Shown here in pieces: positions 31,243 through 43,214 of a stretch of 64,000 nt of DNA. The DNA is from an uncultured delta proteobacterium (GTDB lineage Bacteria; Desulfobacterota; Binatia; UBA9968). The position numbers were made by a program, and so were the translations under genes. A model generated the notes under the pieces. It saw only the letters and a program-made list of their open reading frames with translations, was not told where the DNA came from and searched no databases. The stretch covers positions 263,224 to 327,223 of the forward strand of contig CAVUVW010000011.1 of NCBI GenBank assembly GCA_963745035.1. The letters run 5' to 3'. Position 1 is the first letter of the stretch. Each line of letters begins with the position of its first letter.

Positions 31243-33194
31243 GGCGAGCCCCACGACGCAGTCACCGTCGGTTGGCGATTGCAAAAATTTTGTTCCTGGC
31301 GCTGTTTCTGCTTATCGCCGGGCGCGCGATTCAGCTCCAGGTCTTGCAGGGCGACAAGCTCATGCGGCTCGGTCAGCGACAGCATCTGAAAGAATGGATC
31401 GTCTTGCCCAAGCGCGGCGCCGTTTTCGATCGCGCCGGCGAGCCCCTGGCATTGAGCATGGAATCCCAATCGGTCTATGCGCGTCCCCATCGCATTCAAG
31501 AGCCGGACAAATTGGCGCAAAGCTTGGCACGGATTCTCCATATGCGCGCGTCCGAAGTGAGGGAGAAAATCACCGCGGAGAAACCGTTCGTTTGGGTGCG
31601 GCGACAGGTGTCGTCGGCCGAAGCCGAAAAGGTGCAGGCGCTCAATGCCGAGGGCATCGGCATGTTCTACGAGCCCAACCGCCACTACCCGCAGGGCCAG
31701 CTCGCCGGCCAGCTGATCGGCTTTGTCGGTCGCGACTCCGAAGGATTGGAAGGTCTGGAGCTCAAGTACAACGAGTATGTGCGCGGCGAAACCGGCTCTT
31801 CGATAACCGAGCGCGACGCGCTCGGCCGGCGCGTGCTGGTGCAAGGGGTCGAAGGATTGCAGATTCCGCCGGGCAGCGACATTCATTTGACCCTCGATAC
31901 CTCGATCCAGCACATGGCCGAGAAGGAGCTCGAAGCGTCGATCCTCAAATATCGCGCCAAAGCCGGCGTGGCGGTGGTGGTCGAGCCGTTTACCGGAGAA
32001 GTCCTCGCGCTGGCGAATTATCCGTCCTTCGATCCCAACCAGTATGCGAAACAGAGCGCCGAGCAAAGACGAAACCGCGCGGTGACCGATAGTTTCGAGC
32101 CCGGCTCGACCTTCAAGACGATCCTCGCCGCGGCGGCGCTGGAAGAAGGCATCGTCGGCAAGGACGATCTGTTTTACTGCGAGATGGGCAAATATCCGTT
32201 CGCGGGAAAGATCATCCACGACACCCATCCGCACGGCTGGCTGCCGTTTTCGAAGATACTTCAAGTCTCGAGCAACATCGGCTTCACCAAAGTCGCCGAG
32301 AAGCTCAAGCGGGATAGATTTTTCAAGTACATCGAAAAATTCGGTTTCGGCGAACCCACCGGCATCGACGTGCCGGGGGAAGTGTCGGGCTTGCTGCGCC
32401 GGCCGGACAAGTGGTCCGGCGTCGATCTGGCAACTCATGGCTTCGGCCAGGGGCTGTCGACGACGCCGATGCAGCTCGTGATGGCGTATGCGGCGATTGC
32501 CAACGGCGGATTTCTCATGCGTCCCTACGTGATGCGGCGCGCCGTCAATTCACGGGGCGAGGTCGTGGTGGAAAACGAACCGCGCGTGGTCCGGCGCGTG
32601 ATTTCGCAAAACACCGCGACCCTCCTGGCCTCGATGCTGCGGGACGTGACCACGGAAGGCGGCACCGGAATGATGGCCAACATCGATGGCTTCGACGTCG
32701 CGGGCAAGACCGGAACGGCGCAGAAGGCCGATCCTGTCAACGGCGGCTACGCGGCCAAGAAGCGCGTCGCCTCGTTCGTCGGCTTCGTGCCGGCGAATCA
32801 GCCGCGCCTGGTCGCTCTCGTGCTCATCGACGAGCCCGAGGTGAACGTCTACGGCGGCGTGGTCGCGGCGCCGGTGTTTCGCAATATCGCCCAGGGGGCG
32901 CTGCGCCATCTCGCGGTCGCGCCGCAAAAGGCGGCACCGATTCCCGCGGCGCCGGCGCAACCGGAGCCCGCGCTGCGCCAAGCCGCCAAGCGGCCCCGGT
33001 CCGAAGCGGCCGATGCGGGGGCGGAAGCGGCGCCGGATTTTGTCGGCTTGAGTCTGCGCGAAGTTCTGGAGAAGGCGCAAACGTTGCGAGTGAAAGTGCG
33101 GCTGCAGGGAAGCGGTTACGTGATCAAACAGACGCCCGCGGCCGGCGACCGCTGGAATGAAGATGGAGTCTTGCTCTTGAGCTTGCAAGGCTAG
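31239..33194 (+). CDS. ftsI: Penicillin-binding protein 3 with C-terminal PASTA domain
   Basis: EPGSTFK, SSN, KTGT; PDFVGLSLRE..GSGYVIKQTP. Confidence 0.95.
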   Translation: MRRAPRRSHRRLAIAKILFLALFLLIAGRAIQLQVLQGDKLMRLGQRQHLKEWIVLPKRGAVFDRAGEPLALSMESQSVYARPHRIQEPDKLAQSLARILHMRASEVREKITAEKPFVWVRRQVSSAEAEKVQALNAEGIGMFYEPNRHYPQGQLAGQLIGFVGRDSEGLEGLELKYNEYVRGETGSSITERDALGRRVLVQGVEGLQIPPGSDIHLTLDTSIQHMAEKELEASILKYRAKAGVAVVVEPFTGEVLALANYPSFDPNQYAKQSAEQRRNRAVTDSFEPGSTFKTILAAAALEEGIVGKDDLFYCEMGKYPFAGKIIHDTHPHGWLPFSKILQVSSNIGFTKVAEKLKRDRFFKYIEKFGFGEPTGIDVPGEVSGLLRRPDKWSGVDLATHGFGQGLSTTPMQLVMAYAAIANGGFLMRPYVMRRAVNSRGEVVVENEPRVVRRVISQNTATLLASMLRDVTTEGGTGMMANIDGFDVAGKTGTAQKADPVNGGYAAKKRVASFVGFVPANQPRLVALVLIDEPEVNVYGGVVAAPVFRNIAQGALRHLAVAPQKAAPIPAAPAQPEPALRQAAKRPRSEAADAGAEAAPDFVGLSLREVLEKAQTLRVKVRLQGSGYVIKQTPAAGDRWNEDGVLLLSLQG

Positions 33195-33199
33195 CGGCG

Positions 33200-34738
33200 A
33201 TGCGGATCAGGGACTTTCTTGCCGTCGATGCAATTGAAAATGCCGAGGGAGATCTCGATCAAGAAGTGCAGGGCCTTTGCTACGACTCGCGCAAGGTAAA
33301 GGCCGGTGACATTTTTTTTGCGGCGCCGGGCGAAAAAGCCGACGGCCATGAGTTTATTGCGGATGCGGTCCGGCGCGGCGCGGCCGCTGTGGTTTTCTCG
33401 CGCGACGGCGATTGGCCGCGCCCGGCGGCGGCCGTGCGGGTGCGCGACGTGCGCCGCGCGATGGGGCTTTGGGCGGCGCATTTCTACGGGCGGCCCAGCA
33501 CCAAGCTCCGGCTTGTCGGCGTGACCGGCACCAACGGGAAAACCACGCTCACGTACCTGATCGAATCGCTGTGCGGTGCCGCGGCAATGAAGCCGGGCGT
33601 GATCGGCACGATCAACTATCGCCACTCGGGACGCGCGCTGCCTGCGCACCACACCACTCCCGAGTCGCCCGACGTGCAGGCGCTGTTGGCGGAGATGGCG
33701 GCGGCCGGAGTCCAGTCGGTCGCCATGGAAGTTTCCTCTCACGCGCTCGCCCAGCAACGGGTGCGCGGCGTGGATTTCGACGTCGGCGTGTTTACCAATC
33801 TTTCGCGCGATCATCTCGACTACCACAAGGACATGGAAGAATATTTTTCGGCCAAGGCGAGTCTGTTCACCGACTATCTGTGCGCCAGCTCCAAGCGGCG
33901 CAAAGCGGCGGTGATCTACGGCGACGATCCGCGCGGCCGCCAGTTGCTCGACCAGCTTCGTGCCAGCGCGCTCGATCTGTGGAGTTACGGCGAAGGGCGC
34001 GAGTGGGACGTGCATCCGCTGAAGGTCGAGAGGGACGTGGGCGGCCTGCGCGGCGAGATCCAGGCGCGCGAGCAAACGATCCGGTTTGCTTCGCCGCTGA
34101 TCGGCGCGGCCAATCTGCAAAATATTCTCGGCGCGGTGGGCGTGGGGCGGGCGCTGGGAATCGACGCCGCGACCATAGCTGAAGGCATCAACCGCCTCCA
34201 GGCAGTTCCCGGACGGCTGGAGAAAGTGGCCAACGATCGCGGCATCACCATTCTGGTCGATTATGCGCATTCGCCTGACGCGCTCGAAAAAGTGCTTGGC
34301 GCGGTGCGGCCGTTGACCCGAGAGAAGCTGATCTGCGTTTTTGGCTGCGGCGGCGACCGCGACCGCGGCAAGCGGCCGTTGATGGGCGAAATCGCCGCGC
34401 GGTTGAGCGACTTGGTCGTGCTCACTTCCGATAATCCGCGCACCGAGGAGCCGCTGGCGATCCTCGCCGAAGTTGAGGCGGGAGTAAAAGGAGCCGGCTT
34501 GGCAAAGCTCGGCGGCGCGAGTCTCGGCTCTCGAATCAGTCGTGGCGAATCCGCCGCTTATGTCGTCGAGGCCGACCGGCGCAAGGCGATCGGCATCGCC
34601 ATCGGCGCGGCGACGGCGGGAGATCTCGTGCTGATCGCCGGCAAAGGACATGAAGACTATCAGATTTTGGGCGTCAACAAGGTTCATTTCGACGATCGGG
34701 AAGCGGCGCGCGAAGCGGCTCAGCGGGCAAGCGCATAA
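33200..34738 (+). CDS. murE: UDP-MurNAc-tripeptide synthetase (meso-DAP type)
   Basis: GTNGKTT, MEVSSH, DYAH, DNPR, GKGHE. Confidence 0.96.
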   Translation: MRIRDFLAVDAIENAEGDLDQEVQGLCYDSRKVKAGDIFFAAPGEKADGHEFIADAVRRGAAAVVFSRDGDWPRPAAAVRVRDVRRAMGLWAAHFYGRPSTKLRLVGVTGTNGKTTLTYLIESLCGAAAMKPGVIGTINYRHSGRALPAHHTTPESPDVQALLAEMAAAGVQSVAMEVSSHALAQQRVRGVDFDVGVFTNLSRDHLDYHKDMEEYFSAKASLFTDYLCASSKRRKAAVIYGDDPRGRQLLDQLRASALDLWSYGEGREWDVHPLKVERDVGGLRGEIQAREQTIRFASPLIGAANLQNILGAVGVGRALGIDAATIAEGINRLQAVPGRLEKVANDRGITILVDYAHSPDALEKVLGAVRPLTREKLICVFGCGGDRDRGKRPLMGEIAARLSDLVVLTSDNPRTEEPLAILAEVEAGVKGAGLAKLGGASLGSRISRGESAAYVVEADRRKAIGIAIGAATAGDLVLIAGKGHEDYQILGVNKVHFDDREAAREAAQRASA

Positions 34739-34749
34739 ACGGCCGGAGA

Positions 34750-36154
34750 ATGGGATGGAGCCGGACAGAAATTCTCGCGGCCACGGGCGGTAAGATCGTG
34801 CGCAAAGGAAGCCGGACGCGCTACGGAGAAGTGGTGACCGATTCGACCCAGGTAAAAAGCGGTTCGGTTTTCGTCGCGTTGAAGGGCGAGCGCCACGACG
34901 GCCACCGTTTCATTCCGGATGCGCTCGGGCGCGGCGCCGCCTGCGTGATCGCCCAGCGCGCGCTGTCGCGGGGGTATGTGGCAGCGGCGACGCGTGATCA
35001 AAGTTCCCGATACGCTGCGCGCGCTCGGCGATCTCGCGCATTACCGGCGCGAGCGATTCGGCCCCAAAGTATTGGCGATCACCGGCTCCAACGGCAAAAC
35101 GACGACGAAGGAAATGGTTGCGGCGATCCTCGAAGAAGGTTCTTTCCAAGGCGAGCGGCTGCGCGGCAGGGTCTTGAAGACCCAAGGCAATTTCAACAAT
35201 CTCGTCGGCTTGCCTTTGACACTCTTGCGCCTGCGGCAGCGCGACAAAGTGGCGGTCGTCGAGCTTGGCACCAACCACCCGGGCGAAATTCAGCGCCTGG
35301 CCGAGATCGCCGATCCGGACTTCGGTATCATTACTTCGGTGGCCGCCGCCCATCTCGAAGGCCTCGACAGTTTGGCCGGCGTGGCGCGGGAAAAGGGCGC
35401 GCTCTATCGAAACGTCCGCCGCGGCGGCGCGATCGCCGTCAATCTCGATGATGAACGGGTGCGCAAGCTCGCGGCCCGGTTCACGGGCAAGAAAATCACC
35501 TACGGAAGACGCGGCGCGGTGCGTGCGCGCTCCTGGCGCATGCGCGGCGCCGGCGGAGTGGAGATTGCGCTGCAAGCGCGACGGGCGCGGGCAAACGTGC
35601 GGCTTCATTACCTCGGCCGGCACAATATTTCCAACGCCCTCGGCGCGGCGGCTTTGACGCTCGCGGCCGGCGTCAAGCTTGCCGCCGTGCGCCGCGGCTT
35701 GGCGCGCGCCAAGCCTTTTTCCATGCGCATGCAGATCGAAGATTGGCGCGGCATCGGCATCATCAACGACGCCTACAACGCCAACCCGGCGTCGATGAAG
35801 GCGGCGCTGCTGACTTTGGCCGAAGTCCCGTGCCGCGGGCGGCGCATCGCCGTGCTCGGCGACATGTTCGAGCTCGGCCGCCACAGCGCGAGAGAGCATC
35901 GGTTGCTGGGCAAGGCCGCGGCCGCGGCGGCGATCGACGGGTTGTATCTTCTCGGCGCGCAAGCGCCCGCGGTGCGCAGCGGCGCCGTGCGAGCCGGCAT
36001 GCGCCCCGAACAAATCATTGTCGGCAAAGATCACGCGGAGCTGGCGGCTCATTTGGCCGAGCGCGTGAAGCGCGGCGATTGGCTGCTCTTCAAGGGATCG
36101 CGCGGCATGAAAATGGAGCGCGTGCTGGAGGCGCTCCGGCGCGGAAAGGCATAG
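34750..36154 (+). CDS. murF: UDP-MurNAc-pentapeptide synthetase (frameshift near 34990)
   Basis: [12 protein letters not shown] then [26 protein letters not shown] in the next frame. Confidence 0.92.
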
Positions 36155-36158
36155 GAGA

Positions 36159-37241
36159 TTGAGCTTGCTTTACTACCTGTCTTTTCCGCTTTCGGCGAGC
36201 TATTCCGGCTTCAATGTTTTTCGCTACATCACCTTTCGCGCGGCGATGGCCGCGCTGCTGGCGCTGCTGATCTCGTTTCTCCTGGGGCCCTGGTTGATTC
36301 GCACGTTGACCCAAAGACAGATCGGCCAGCAGATTCGCGACGACGGCCCGGCGTCGCACGCGATCAAAGCCGGCACCCCGACCATGGGCGGCGCACTGAT
36401 CATCCTGGCGCTGTTTTTTTCGACGTTGATCATGGCGGATATCGCCAACCGTTACGTCCTGCTCGCTTTGATCGCTACGCTGGGCACCGGCGTGGTCGGC
36501 TTCGCCGACGATTACTTGAAGCTCACGCGCAAGAACAGCAAGGGGCTGTCGCCGCGCGGCAAGCTGCTCGGGCAGTTTTTGGTCGCCTTCGTAGTCGCGC
36601 TCGCGCTGTATCTTCAGCCGCGCTTCAGCACCGAAATTGCCGTGCCCTTCATCAAGACCTTTCGCTTCGATCTCGGCATGTTCTACGTGCCTTTCGCCAT
36701 GCTGGTCATCGTATGCACCTCGAATGCGGTCAACTTGACCGACGGTCTGGACGGGCTCGCCATCGGTCCGGTGATGATTGCCGCGGGCACCTACGCGGTC
36801 ATCGCCTACGTCACCGGCCACTTGAAGCTCGCCGAGTATCTGCAGATTCCCTACGTCGCGGGGGTGGGCGAGTTGAGCGTGTTCTGCGCCGCTGTGGTGG
36901 CCGCCGGGCTCGGCTTTCTCTGGTACAACGCCTATCCGGCGCAGATGTTCATGGGCGACGTCGGCTCGCTTTCGCTAGGCGCGGCTCTCGGCGTAGTCGC
37001 GGTGATGACCAAGAACGAAATCCTGTTGATCATCGTCGGCGGCGTGTTCGTCATGGAAGCCTTGTCGGTCATTTTTCAGGTGGTGTCCTACAAGATGCGC
37101 CGCAAGCGGGTGTTTCTGATGGCGCCGATTCACCACCATTACGAGCTCAAGGGCTGGAAGGAGCCGCAAATCATCGTGCGTTTCTGGATTCTCTCTTTTA
37201 TCTGCGCGGTCATCGGACTCAGCACACTGAAACTGCGATGA
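36159..37241 (+). CDS. mraY: Phospho-MurNAc-pentapeptide transferase
   Basis: [34 protein letters not shown]. Confidence 0.97.
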   Translation: MSLLYYLSFPLSASYSGFNVFRYITFRAAMAALLALLISFLLGPWLIRTLTQRQIGQQIRDDGPASHAIKAGTPTMGGALIILALFFSTLIMADIANRYVLLALIATLGTGVVGFADDYLKLTRKNSKGLSPRGKLLGQFLVAFVVALALYLQPRFSTEIAVPFIKTFRFDLGMFYVPFAMLVIVCTSNAVNLTDGLDGLAIGPVMIAAGTYAVIAYVTGHLKLAEYLQIPYVAGVGELSVFCAAVVAAGLGFLWYNAYPAQMFMGDVGSLSLGAALGVVAVMTKNEILLIIVGGVFVMEALSVIFQVVSYKMRRKRVFLMAPIHHHYELKGWKEPQIIVRFWILSFICAVIGLSTLKLR

Positions 37242-37256
37242 AGACGTCGGCCGGCG

Positions 37257-38591
37257 ATGGAGCTTCGAGGGAAAAAATTTTTGGTGATCGGGCTCGCGCG
37301 CACCGGCGGCGAGTGCGCGCGCTTTCTCGCGCGGCGGGGCGCCGCCGTGCTGGTTAGTGATCGGCGCCGCGCGGAGGAGCTCCGGCCGGAAATCGAGAGC
37401 CTGGGCGGGCTCGCAGTCGACTACCGTTTGGGCGGCGAGGATGCGGTGTGGCTGGAAGGGGTCGACGGCGTGGTTCCGAGCCCAGGCGTGGCGCCGGAAA
37501 ATCTGCTGCTCGAAGGGGCGCTCGCCAGGGGTATACCGGTGCTCAGTGAAATCGAGCTCGCGTATCGATTTTTCAACGCGCCGGTGGCGGCGATCACCGG
37601 CACCAACGGAAAAAGCACGACGACGACTCTGATCGGGCAGATGATTCAAAAGAGCGGACAAAAGGTTTTTCTCGGCGGCAATCTCGGCGCGCCGTTTATC
37701 GGCGCGCTGGCGGAAGATTGGCACTGGGGCGTGGTCGAAGTGAGCAGCTTTCAGCTGGAGTGGACCGCCGCGTTTCGCCCGCGCATCGCCGTTTTGCTCA
37801 ATGTCACCGAGGACCATCTGGACCGCTATGCCGATTTCGCGGCATATCGGGCCGCCAAGGAGCGCATCTTCTTGGCGCAGACGGGGGCGGACGTGGCGAT
37901 CCTCAACCGCGACGATCCACTGGTTTGGGAAATGCGTGATCGCATCCGCGCGCAGGTCGTCTCTTTCGGCTTTGCCGAGACGCCGACGGGCGTTTTTTCG
38001 GCCGGCGATTCGATCGTCTGGCGCGACGGCGCGCGCGAACAGCATTTCCCGCTCGGCCGCGCAAAGCTCCAGGGCGTGCACAATCGGGAAAACATGATGG
38101 CCGCGGTCGCGGCGGCGCAATGCGCCGGGGTGGCGAGCGCGGCTATTCAAGAGACGCTGGAACAATTTCCCGGCCTCGAGCATCGCCTCGAGTTTGTCCG
38201 GAACAAAGACGGCGTGCGCTATTACAACGATTCGAAAGGCACCAACGTCGGCGCGGTGGTGAAATCGCTGGCGAGCTTTGCCGGCCCGGTGATCTTGCTC
38301 GCCGGCGGCGTCGACAAAGGCGGCGATTACGCGCCGCTGGCGGAGGGCATTCAAGCCAGAGTGCGCCGCCTGATCTTGTTCGGCGAAGCCCGGGACAAAA
38401 TCGCGCGCGCCTTGGGAGCGCTCACCGAAACGGTCGCGGTCGACGATATCGGCGCCGCGGTGCGCGACGCGGCGGCGCATGCCCGCGCCGGCGATGTGGT
38501 ACTGCTCTCGCCCGCCTGCTCGAGCTTCGACCAGTTTCGTAACTACGCCGAGCGCGGCAGAGTTTTTAAGGATCTTGTGCGGGGATTATGA
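37257..38591 (+). CDS. murD: UDP-MurNAc-L-Ala--D-Glu ligase
   Basis: GTNGKST, EVSSFQL, DHLDRY, NDSKGTN, SPACSSFD. Confidence 0.96.
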   Translation: MELRGKKFLVIGLARTGGECARFLARRGAAVLVSDRRRAEELRPEIESLGGLAVDYRLGGEDAVWLEGVDGVVPSPGVAPENLLLEGALARGIPVLSEIELAYRFFNAPVAAITGTNGKSTTTTLIGQMIQKSGQKVFLGGNLGAPFIGALAEDWHWGVVEVSSFQLEWTAAFRPRIAVLLNVTEDHLDRYADFAAYRAAKERIFLAQTGADVAILNRDDPLVWEMRDRIRAQVVSFGFAETPTGVFSAGDSIVWRDGAREQHFPLGRAKLQGVHNRENMMAAVAAAQCAGVASAAIQETLEQFPGLEHRLEFVRNKDGVRYYNDSKGTNVGAVVKSLASFAGPVILLAGGVDKGGDYAPLAEGIQARVRRLILFGEARDKIARALGALTETVAVDDIGAAVRDAAAHARAGDVVLLSPACSSFDQFRNYAERGRVFKDLVRGL

Positions 38592-39682
38592 GAGACGGTT
38601 TGGCGGTCGATAAATGGATACTGCTCGCGGTCGTCGGGCTGCTGGCTTTGGGCATGACCATGGTGTTGAGCACCAGCTACCTTCATTCGCAGGAACGCTA
38701 CGGCGACGGCACTTACTTTTTTCGCAAGCAGCTCATCGCCATGGGCGCCGGGGTCGCGGTTTTGATTGTCTGCTCGATGGCGCCTGCGGCGCTGCTGCGC
38801 CGTTTCGCCTATCCGCTGCTCGCGCTGAGCTTTATCATTCTCGTGCTGGTTTTGATTCCCGGCATCGGCGTGAGCCGCGGCGGCGCGCGCCGCTGGATCA
38901 TGTTTCCCGGCTTCGCGTTTCAGCCTTCCGAATTGGCCAAACTGTCGGTGGTCGTCTATCTGGCTCACTCGATGGCCAAGAAAGAGGAAAGGATCCGCAC
39001 TTTCGCCGTCGGCGTCTTGCCGCATTTGATCGTCAGCGGCGCCTTCGCCGGCCTGCTCCTGCTCGAGCCCGATTTCGGCACCGCGCTGATTCTGACCATG
39101 GTGCTTTATTCCATGCTGTTCATCGGCGGCGTGCGCGTGAGCCATCTGCTCGCCACCGGGCTGTTGGCGCTGCCGGCGCTGGCGTACGTGGCGATGACGG
39201 CCGAATACCGCCTGCGCCGGCTGCTGTCGTTTTTGGATCCTTGGAGCGACCCCGCCGGCAGCGGCTTTCATGTCGTGCAGTCGCTGATCGCTTTCGGCTC
39301 CGGTCAGTGGCTCGGCCGCGGCCTCGGCGAGAGCCGCCAGAAGCTTTTGTATTTGCCCGAGGCGCACACCGATTTCGTCTACTCGGTGATCGGCGAGGAG
39401 TTGGGTTTGCTGGGCGCCCTGGCCGTGCTCGCGCTCTTCGGCGTGATCATCGCGCGCGGCTTGCGCCTTACCGCAAAGATCGAGGAGCCGTTCGATCAAT
39501 ATCTGGCGTTCGGCCTGACCGTGCTGCTCGGCCTGCAGGCGCTCATTCACATGGGCGTGGTCATGGGCTTGATGCCGACCAAGGGCTTGGTGCTGCCGTT
39601 TATCAGCTACGGCGGCTCGGCGATGATGATCAACTTGATGGAGGCGGGAATTTTGCTGGGGCTCTCGCGCCGGAGGACCTAG
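38588..39682 (+). CDS. ftsW: SEDS peptidoglycan polymerase FtsW
   Basis: GARRWI, QPSE, PEAHTDF, PFISYGGS. Confidence 0.95.
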   Translation: MRDGLAVDKWILLAVVGLLALGMTMVLSTSYLHSQERYGDGTYFFRKQLIAMGAGVAVLIVCSMAPAALLRRFAYPLLALSFIILVLVLIPGIGVSRGGARRWIMFPGFAFQPSELAKLSVVVYLAHSMAKKEERIRTFAVGVLPHLIVSGAFAGLLLLEPDFGTALILTMVLYSMLFIGGVRVSHLLATGLLALPALAYVAMTAEYRLRRLLSFLDPWSDPAGSGFHVVQSLIAFGSGQWLGRGLGESRQKLLYLPEAHTDFVYSVIGEELGLLGALAVLALFGVIIARGLRLTAKIEEPFDQYLAFGLTVLLGLQALIHMGVVMGLMPTKGLVLPFISYGGSAMMINLMEAGILLGLSRRRT

Positions 39683-40754
39683 ATGCGCGTGGTTCTCGCC
39701 GGCGGGGGAACCGGCGGGCATTTGTTTCCCGGCCTGGCGGTGGCGCGCGAATTTCAAAGGCGCGACCCGAAAACCGAGATCTTGTTTATCGGCACGGCGC
39801 AAGGAATCGAGTCTCGCGTGCTGCCCAAGGAAGGATTCACACTGGAAACGTTGACGGTCAGAGGAATCAAGGGGCGCGGCCTGCGCGGCTGGCTCGACGC
39901 TGCGTGGGGCGTGCCGGCGAGCTTGCTCCGCTCGTGGACGATTCTCAGAGAGTTTCGCCCCGACTGCGTCATCGGGCTCGGCGGCTACGCCTCGGGGCCG
40001 GTGCTGCTCGCCGCCAAACTGGCCGGCATGCGCTGCGCGATCATGGAGCAGAATCTCCGGCCGGGATTTACCAACAAGCTGCTCGGCCGGCTGGTCCACC
40101 GCGTGTTTACTTCCTATCCGCAGAGCGGCGTATTTTTCGCCGGCGCGCGCGTGGTCGAGAGCGGCAACCCGGTGCGCTGGCAAAGACTTCCGGCGGTCGC
40201 CAGCGCAGCTAAGTTTGCGCTGCTCGTCTTCGGCGGCAGCGCGGGGGCGCGGCGGATCAATTACGCGTTGGTGGAAGCGCTCAAGAACCTGGTCGATCTC
40301 AAGGATGAAATTTCGCTCACCCATCAAACCGGAGCCTTGGACTACGCGGCGATGCAAGCAGGCGTATGCGGCGCTGCCCTTCGAGGCCGAAGTGACGCCG
40401 TTCATCGACGCCATGGACGAGGCTTACGCGCGCGCGGATCTGGTGGTTTGCCGCGTCGGGCGCGACCACCGTCGCAGAGCTCACCGCCTTCGGCAAAGCG
40501 GCGATTCTCGTGCCTTATCCGTACGCGATTTACGACCACCAGCGCGGTAACGCGCAGGCGCTCCAAGAGCGCGGCGCCGCGGAGATGATTCTCGATCAGG
40601 AATTGGACGGCACAGATGCTGGCGCAAAAAATTCGCGCATATTGCGCTGATCGCGGCCGGCTCGGCCGGATGGCCGCGGCGGCGCGCGCCGCCGGGCGGC
40701 CCGAGGCGGCGGCACGGATCGTCGATGAGTGTTACGCGTTGGTAGCGGGCATAG
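39683..40754 (+). CDS. murG: Lipid II GlcNAc transferase (several frameshifts 40355-40750)
   Basis: GGGTGGH, GGYAS, GNPVR, GGSAGA; FIDAMDEAY and HQRGNA in shifted frames. Confidence 0.92.
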
Positions 40755-40777
40755 CGGTTTGGCGGTGGCGGAATTTC

Positions 40778-42149
40778 ATGCTGCAGAAGAAGCACAAGAT
40801 CCATTTCGTCGGCATCGGCGGCATCGGCATGAGCGGCATCGCGGAAGTCTTGCTGAACTCGGGGTACGTCGTGACCGGCTCGGACCTGCACGAGAGCGAG
40901 GCCACGCGCCGGCTGCGCTCGCTCGGCGCGCGCGTGTTCGTCGGCCACGAAGAGGAAAATCTCGCGGGCGAGCCGTCGGTGGTCGTGATCTCGACGGCGG
41001 TCAAGTATTCCAATCCGGAAGTGCTCGAGGCGCGCCGGCGCCATATTCCGGTCGTCCCGCGCGCCGAGATGCTGGCCGAGCTGATGCGCATGAAATACGG
41101 CGTCGCGGTGGCCGGCAGCCACGGCAAGACGACCACCACTTCGATGATCGCCGCGGTGTTGAGCGCCGCCGGCCTCGATCCGACGATGGTGATCGGCGGG
41201 CGGGTGCGCATGTTCGGCACCAACGCGAAGATGGGCCAGGGAGAGATTCTGGTCGCCGAAGCGGACGAAAGCGACGGCAGCTTTCTCTTGTTGTCGCCGA
41301 TCATCGCGGTGGTCACCAATATCGACAAGGAGCACATGGATTTCCACCAGACCATGGAGCGGCTCGATGAAAGCTTTCTCGCTTTCATCAACAAGATTCC
41401 CTTCTATGGACTGGCGGTGCTGTGCGTCGACGACTCCCACGTGCGCGGCATTATCGCCAAGGTGCGCAAACGCTTTACGACTTACGGCCTGTCGCCGGAG
41501 GCGGATTTCTCGGCCGGAGAGCTGACTCCCACGGCCGCGGGCGTCGAATTCGCGGTTACCCACCGGGGCAAGGCGCTGGGCAAACTGCGCTTGCATCTGC
41601 CCGGCCGGCACAGCGCTACCAACGCATTGGCGGCGGTCGCGGTCGCGCACGAGCTGGAAATTCCCTTTGGGCAGGTCGCCCAGGCGCTCGATCAGTTCAC
41701 CGGAATTCATCGCCGGTTCGAAGTGAAGGGCGAGCCGCGCGGCGTGCTGGTGATCGACGACTACGGCCACCACCCGACCGAGATTCGCGCCACCATCGGC
41801 GCCATTCGTGATTGCTGGAAGCGGCCACTGACGGTGATTTTTCAGCCGCACCGTTTCACGCGGACCAAGGACTTGTTCGATGAATTCCTCACCGCCTTCG
41901 AGGGCGCCGACCGGCTTGTGCTGACCGAGATCTATCCCGCCGGCGAAGACCCGATTCCCGGCGCGACCGGCGACGCGCTCTACCAGGCAATCAAGCGCAA
42001 GGGCCACCTCGACGTGGAGTTCATTCCCGACAAGAACGAAATCGTCGCGCGCCTCGCTCGGCGAGCTCGCCGGCGGCGACGTGGCGTTAACGTTGGGCGC
42101 CGGCGACATATACAAGATCGGCGACGAGCTGGTCGAGGCGCTGAAATGA
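40778..42149 (+). CDS. murC: UDP-MurNAc--L-Ala ligase (frameshift near 42060)
   Basis: GIGGIGMSG, GSHGKTTT, EADESDGSF, DDYGHHPTE; LTLGAGDI in shifted frame ending at TGA 42149. Confidence 0.94.
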
Positions 42150-42157
42150 AGCACGGG

Positions 42158-42245
42158 ATTGGAGTGATGGAGTGCTGGAGTAATGGAGTGATGGAAGACG
42201 GGAATGGTCCAACTCTCCACTACTCTATCACTCCATTACTCCAAT
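42158..42245. repeat. Inverted pair of 8-mer tandem arrays (TGGAGTRA)n / (TYACTCCA)n
   Basis: tggagtga tggagtgc tggagtaa tggagtga ... ctactcta tcactcca ttactcca in the murC-murB spacer. Confidence 0.85.
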
Positions 42246-42267
42246 GGATTTGTGATGTTGGCAATGA

Positions 42268-43207
42268 GTGAAGCAAAAGACCGAGTCGCCGCTGGCGGGG
42301 GAGCTGAAGCAGATTTCCGGCGTGAAGGTCAAGTTCGCCGAGCCGCTGGCGCGCTACACGTCGATGAAGATCGGCGGGCCGGCGGATTACTTCATCGAAG
42401 TCGGCGATGAAGCGGCGTTGGCCGATGTGCTGCGCGCCTTCGAGCGCGGCGCCATCGAAGTCCATGCTGCTCGGCAACGGCAGCAACGTCTTGATCAGCG
42501 ACCGCGGCGTGCGCGGCGCGGTGGTACGCTTGGCCGGTGAATTCAAAAATATCGCCTGGCGCGACACCGGCGCGGGCGCCGCGGTCAGCGTCGGCGCGGC
42601 CTACGCGGTCACGCAACTCGTGCGCGAAGCTGCGCGCAAAGGATACACCGGCTTGGAGTTCGCCGAAGGCATTCCCGGTACCGTCGGCGGCGCCTTGTAC
42701 ATGAACGCCGGCGCCTATGGCTCGGAGTTCGAAAAAGTCGTCGCCGGGATCGAAGGCATGACGCGCGCCGGACAGGCGCTGCGACTTGCGCGCGCGCAGA
42801 TGACCTTCAGCTATCGCGATTCGCATCTGCCGGCGGGCATGGTGGTGACGCGCGTGGAGCTCGGCTTGCGGAAGGGTGAGGCGCGGTGGGTCGATTCCAA
42901 GGTGCGCGAGCTCACGAGCAAGAGAAAAGGCAGCCAACCTTCGGGCTTTCCCAATTCAGGGTCGATGTTTCGCAATCCGCCGGGAGACTTTGCCGGGCGG
43001 CTGATCGAGGCCGCCGGTCTCAAAGGCAAGCGCATCGGCGGCTGTCAGATTTCCGAGCGCCACGCGAATTTCTTCGTCAATTTCGGCGGCGCCAAGGCTG
43101 CGGAGGTGCGCGAGCTGATGGAGCTGGCGCGCGCGGAAGTTGGCCGGCGCTTCGGCGTGGAGCTGGTGGCGGAAGTGAAGTTTTTGGGCGAATGGCCGGC
43201 GCAGTGA
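42268..43207 (+). CDS. murB: UDP-N-acetylenolpyruvoylglucosamine reductase (frameshift near 42460)
   Basis: YTSMKIGGPAD, GNGSN, GIPGTVGG, MNAGA, SGSMFRNP, HANF. Confidence 0.93.
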
Positions 43208-43214
43208 AAACCAA

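Noticed and set aside
34970-35000. Programmed frameshifting in murF and other genes
   Set aside because: No consistent slippery heptamer or stimulatory structure; shifts are scattered across unrelated genes
42158-42245. Possible CRISPR array or iterons
   Set aside because: Units are 8 bp without spacers, and there are no cas or rep genes; no CRISPR array was seen anywhere in the window
40616-42271. Apparent MurG C-terminus-MurC fusion ORF (551 aa)
   Set aside because: One extra base near 40747 would hide the murG stop (TAG 40752-40754), and a second indel extends murC into the repeat; consistent with the window-wide indel noise
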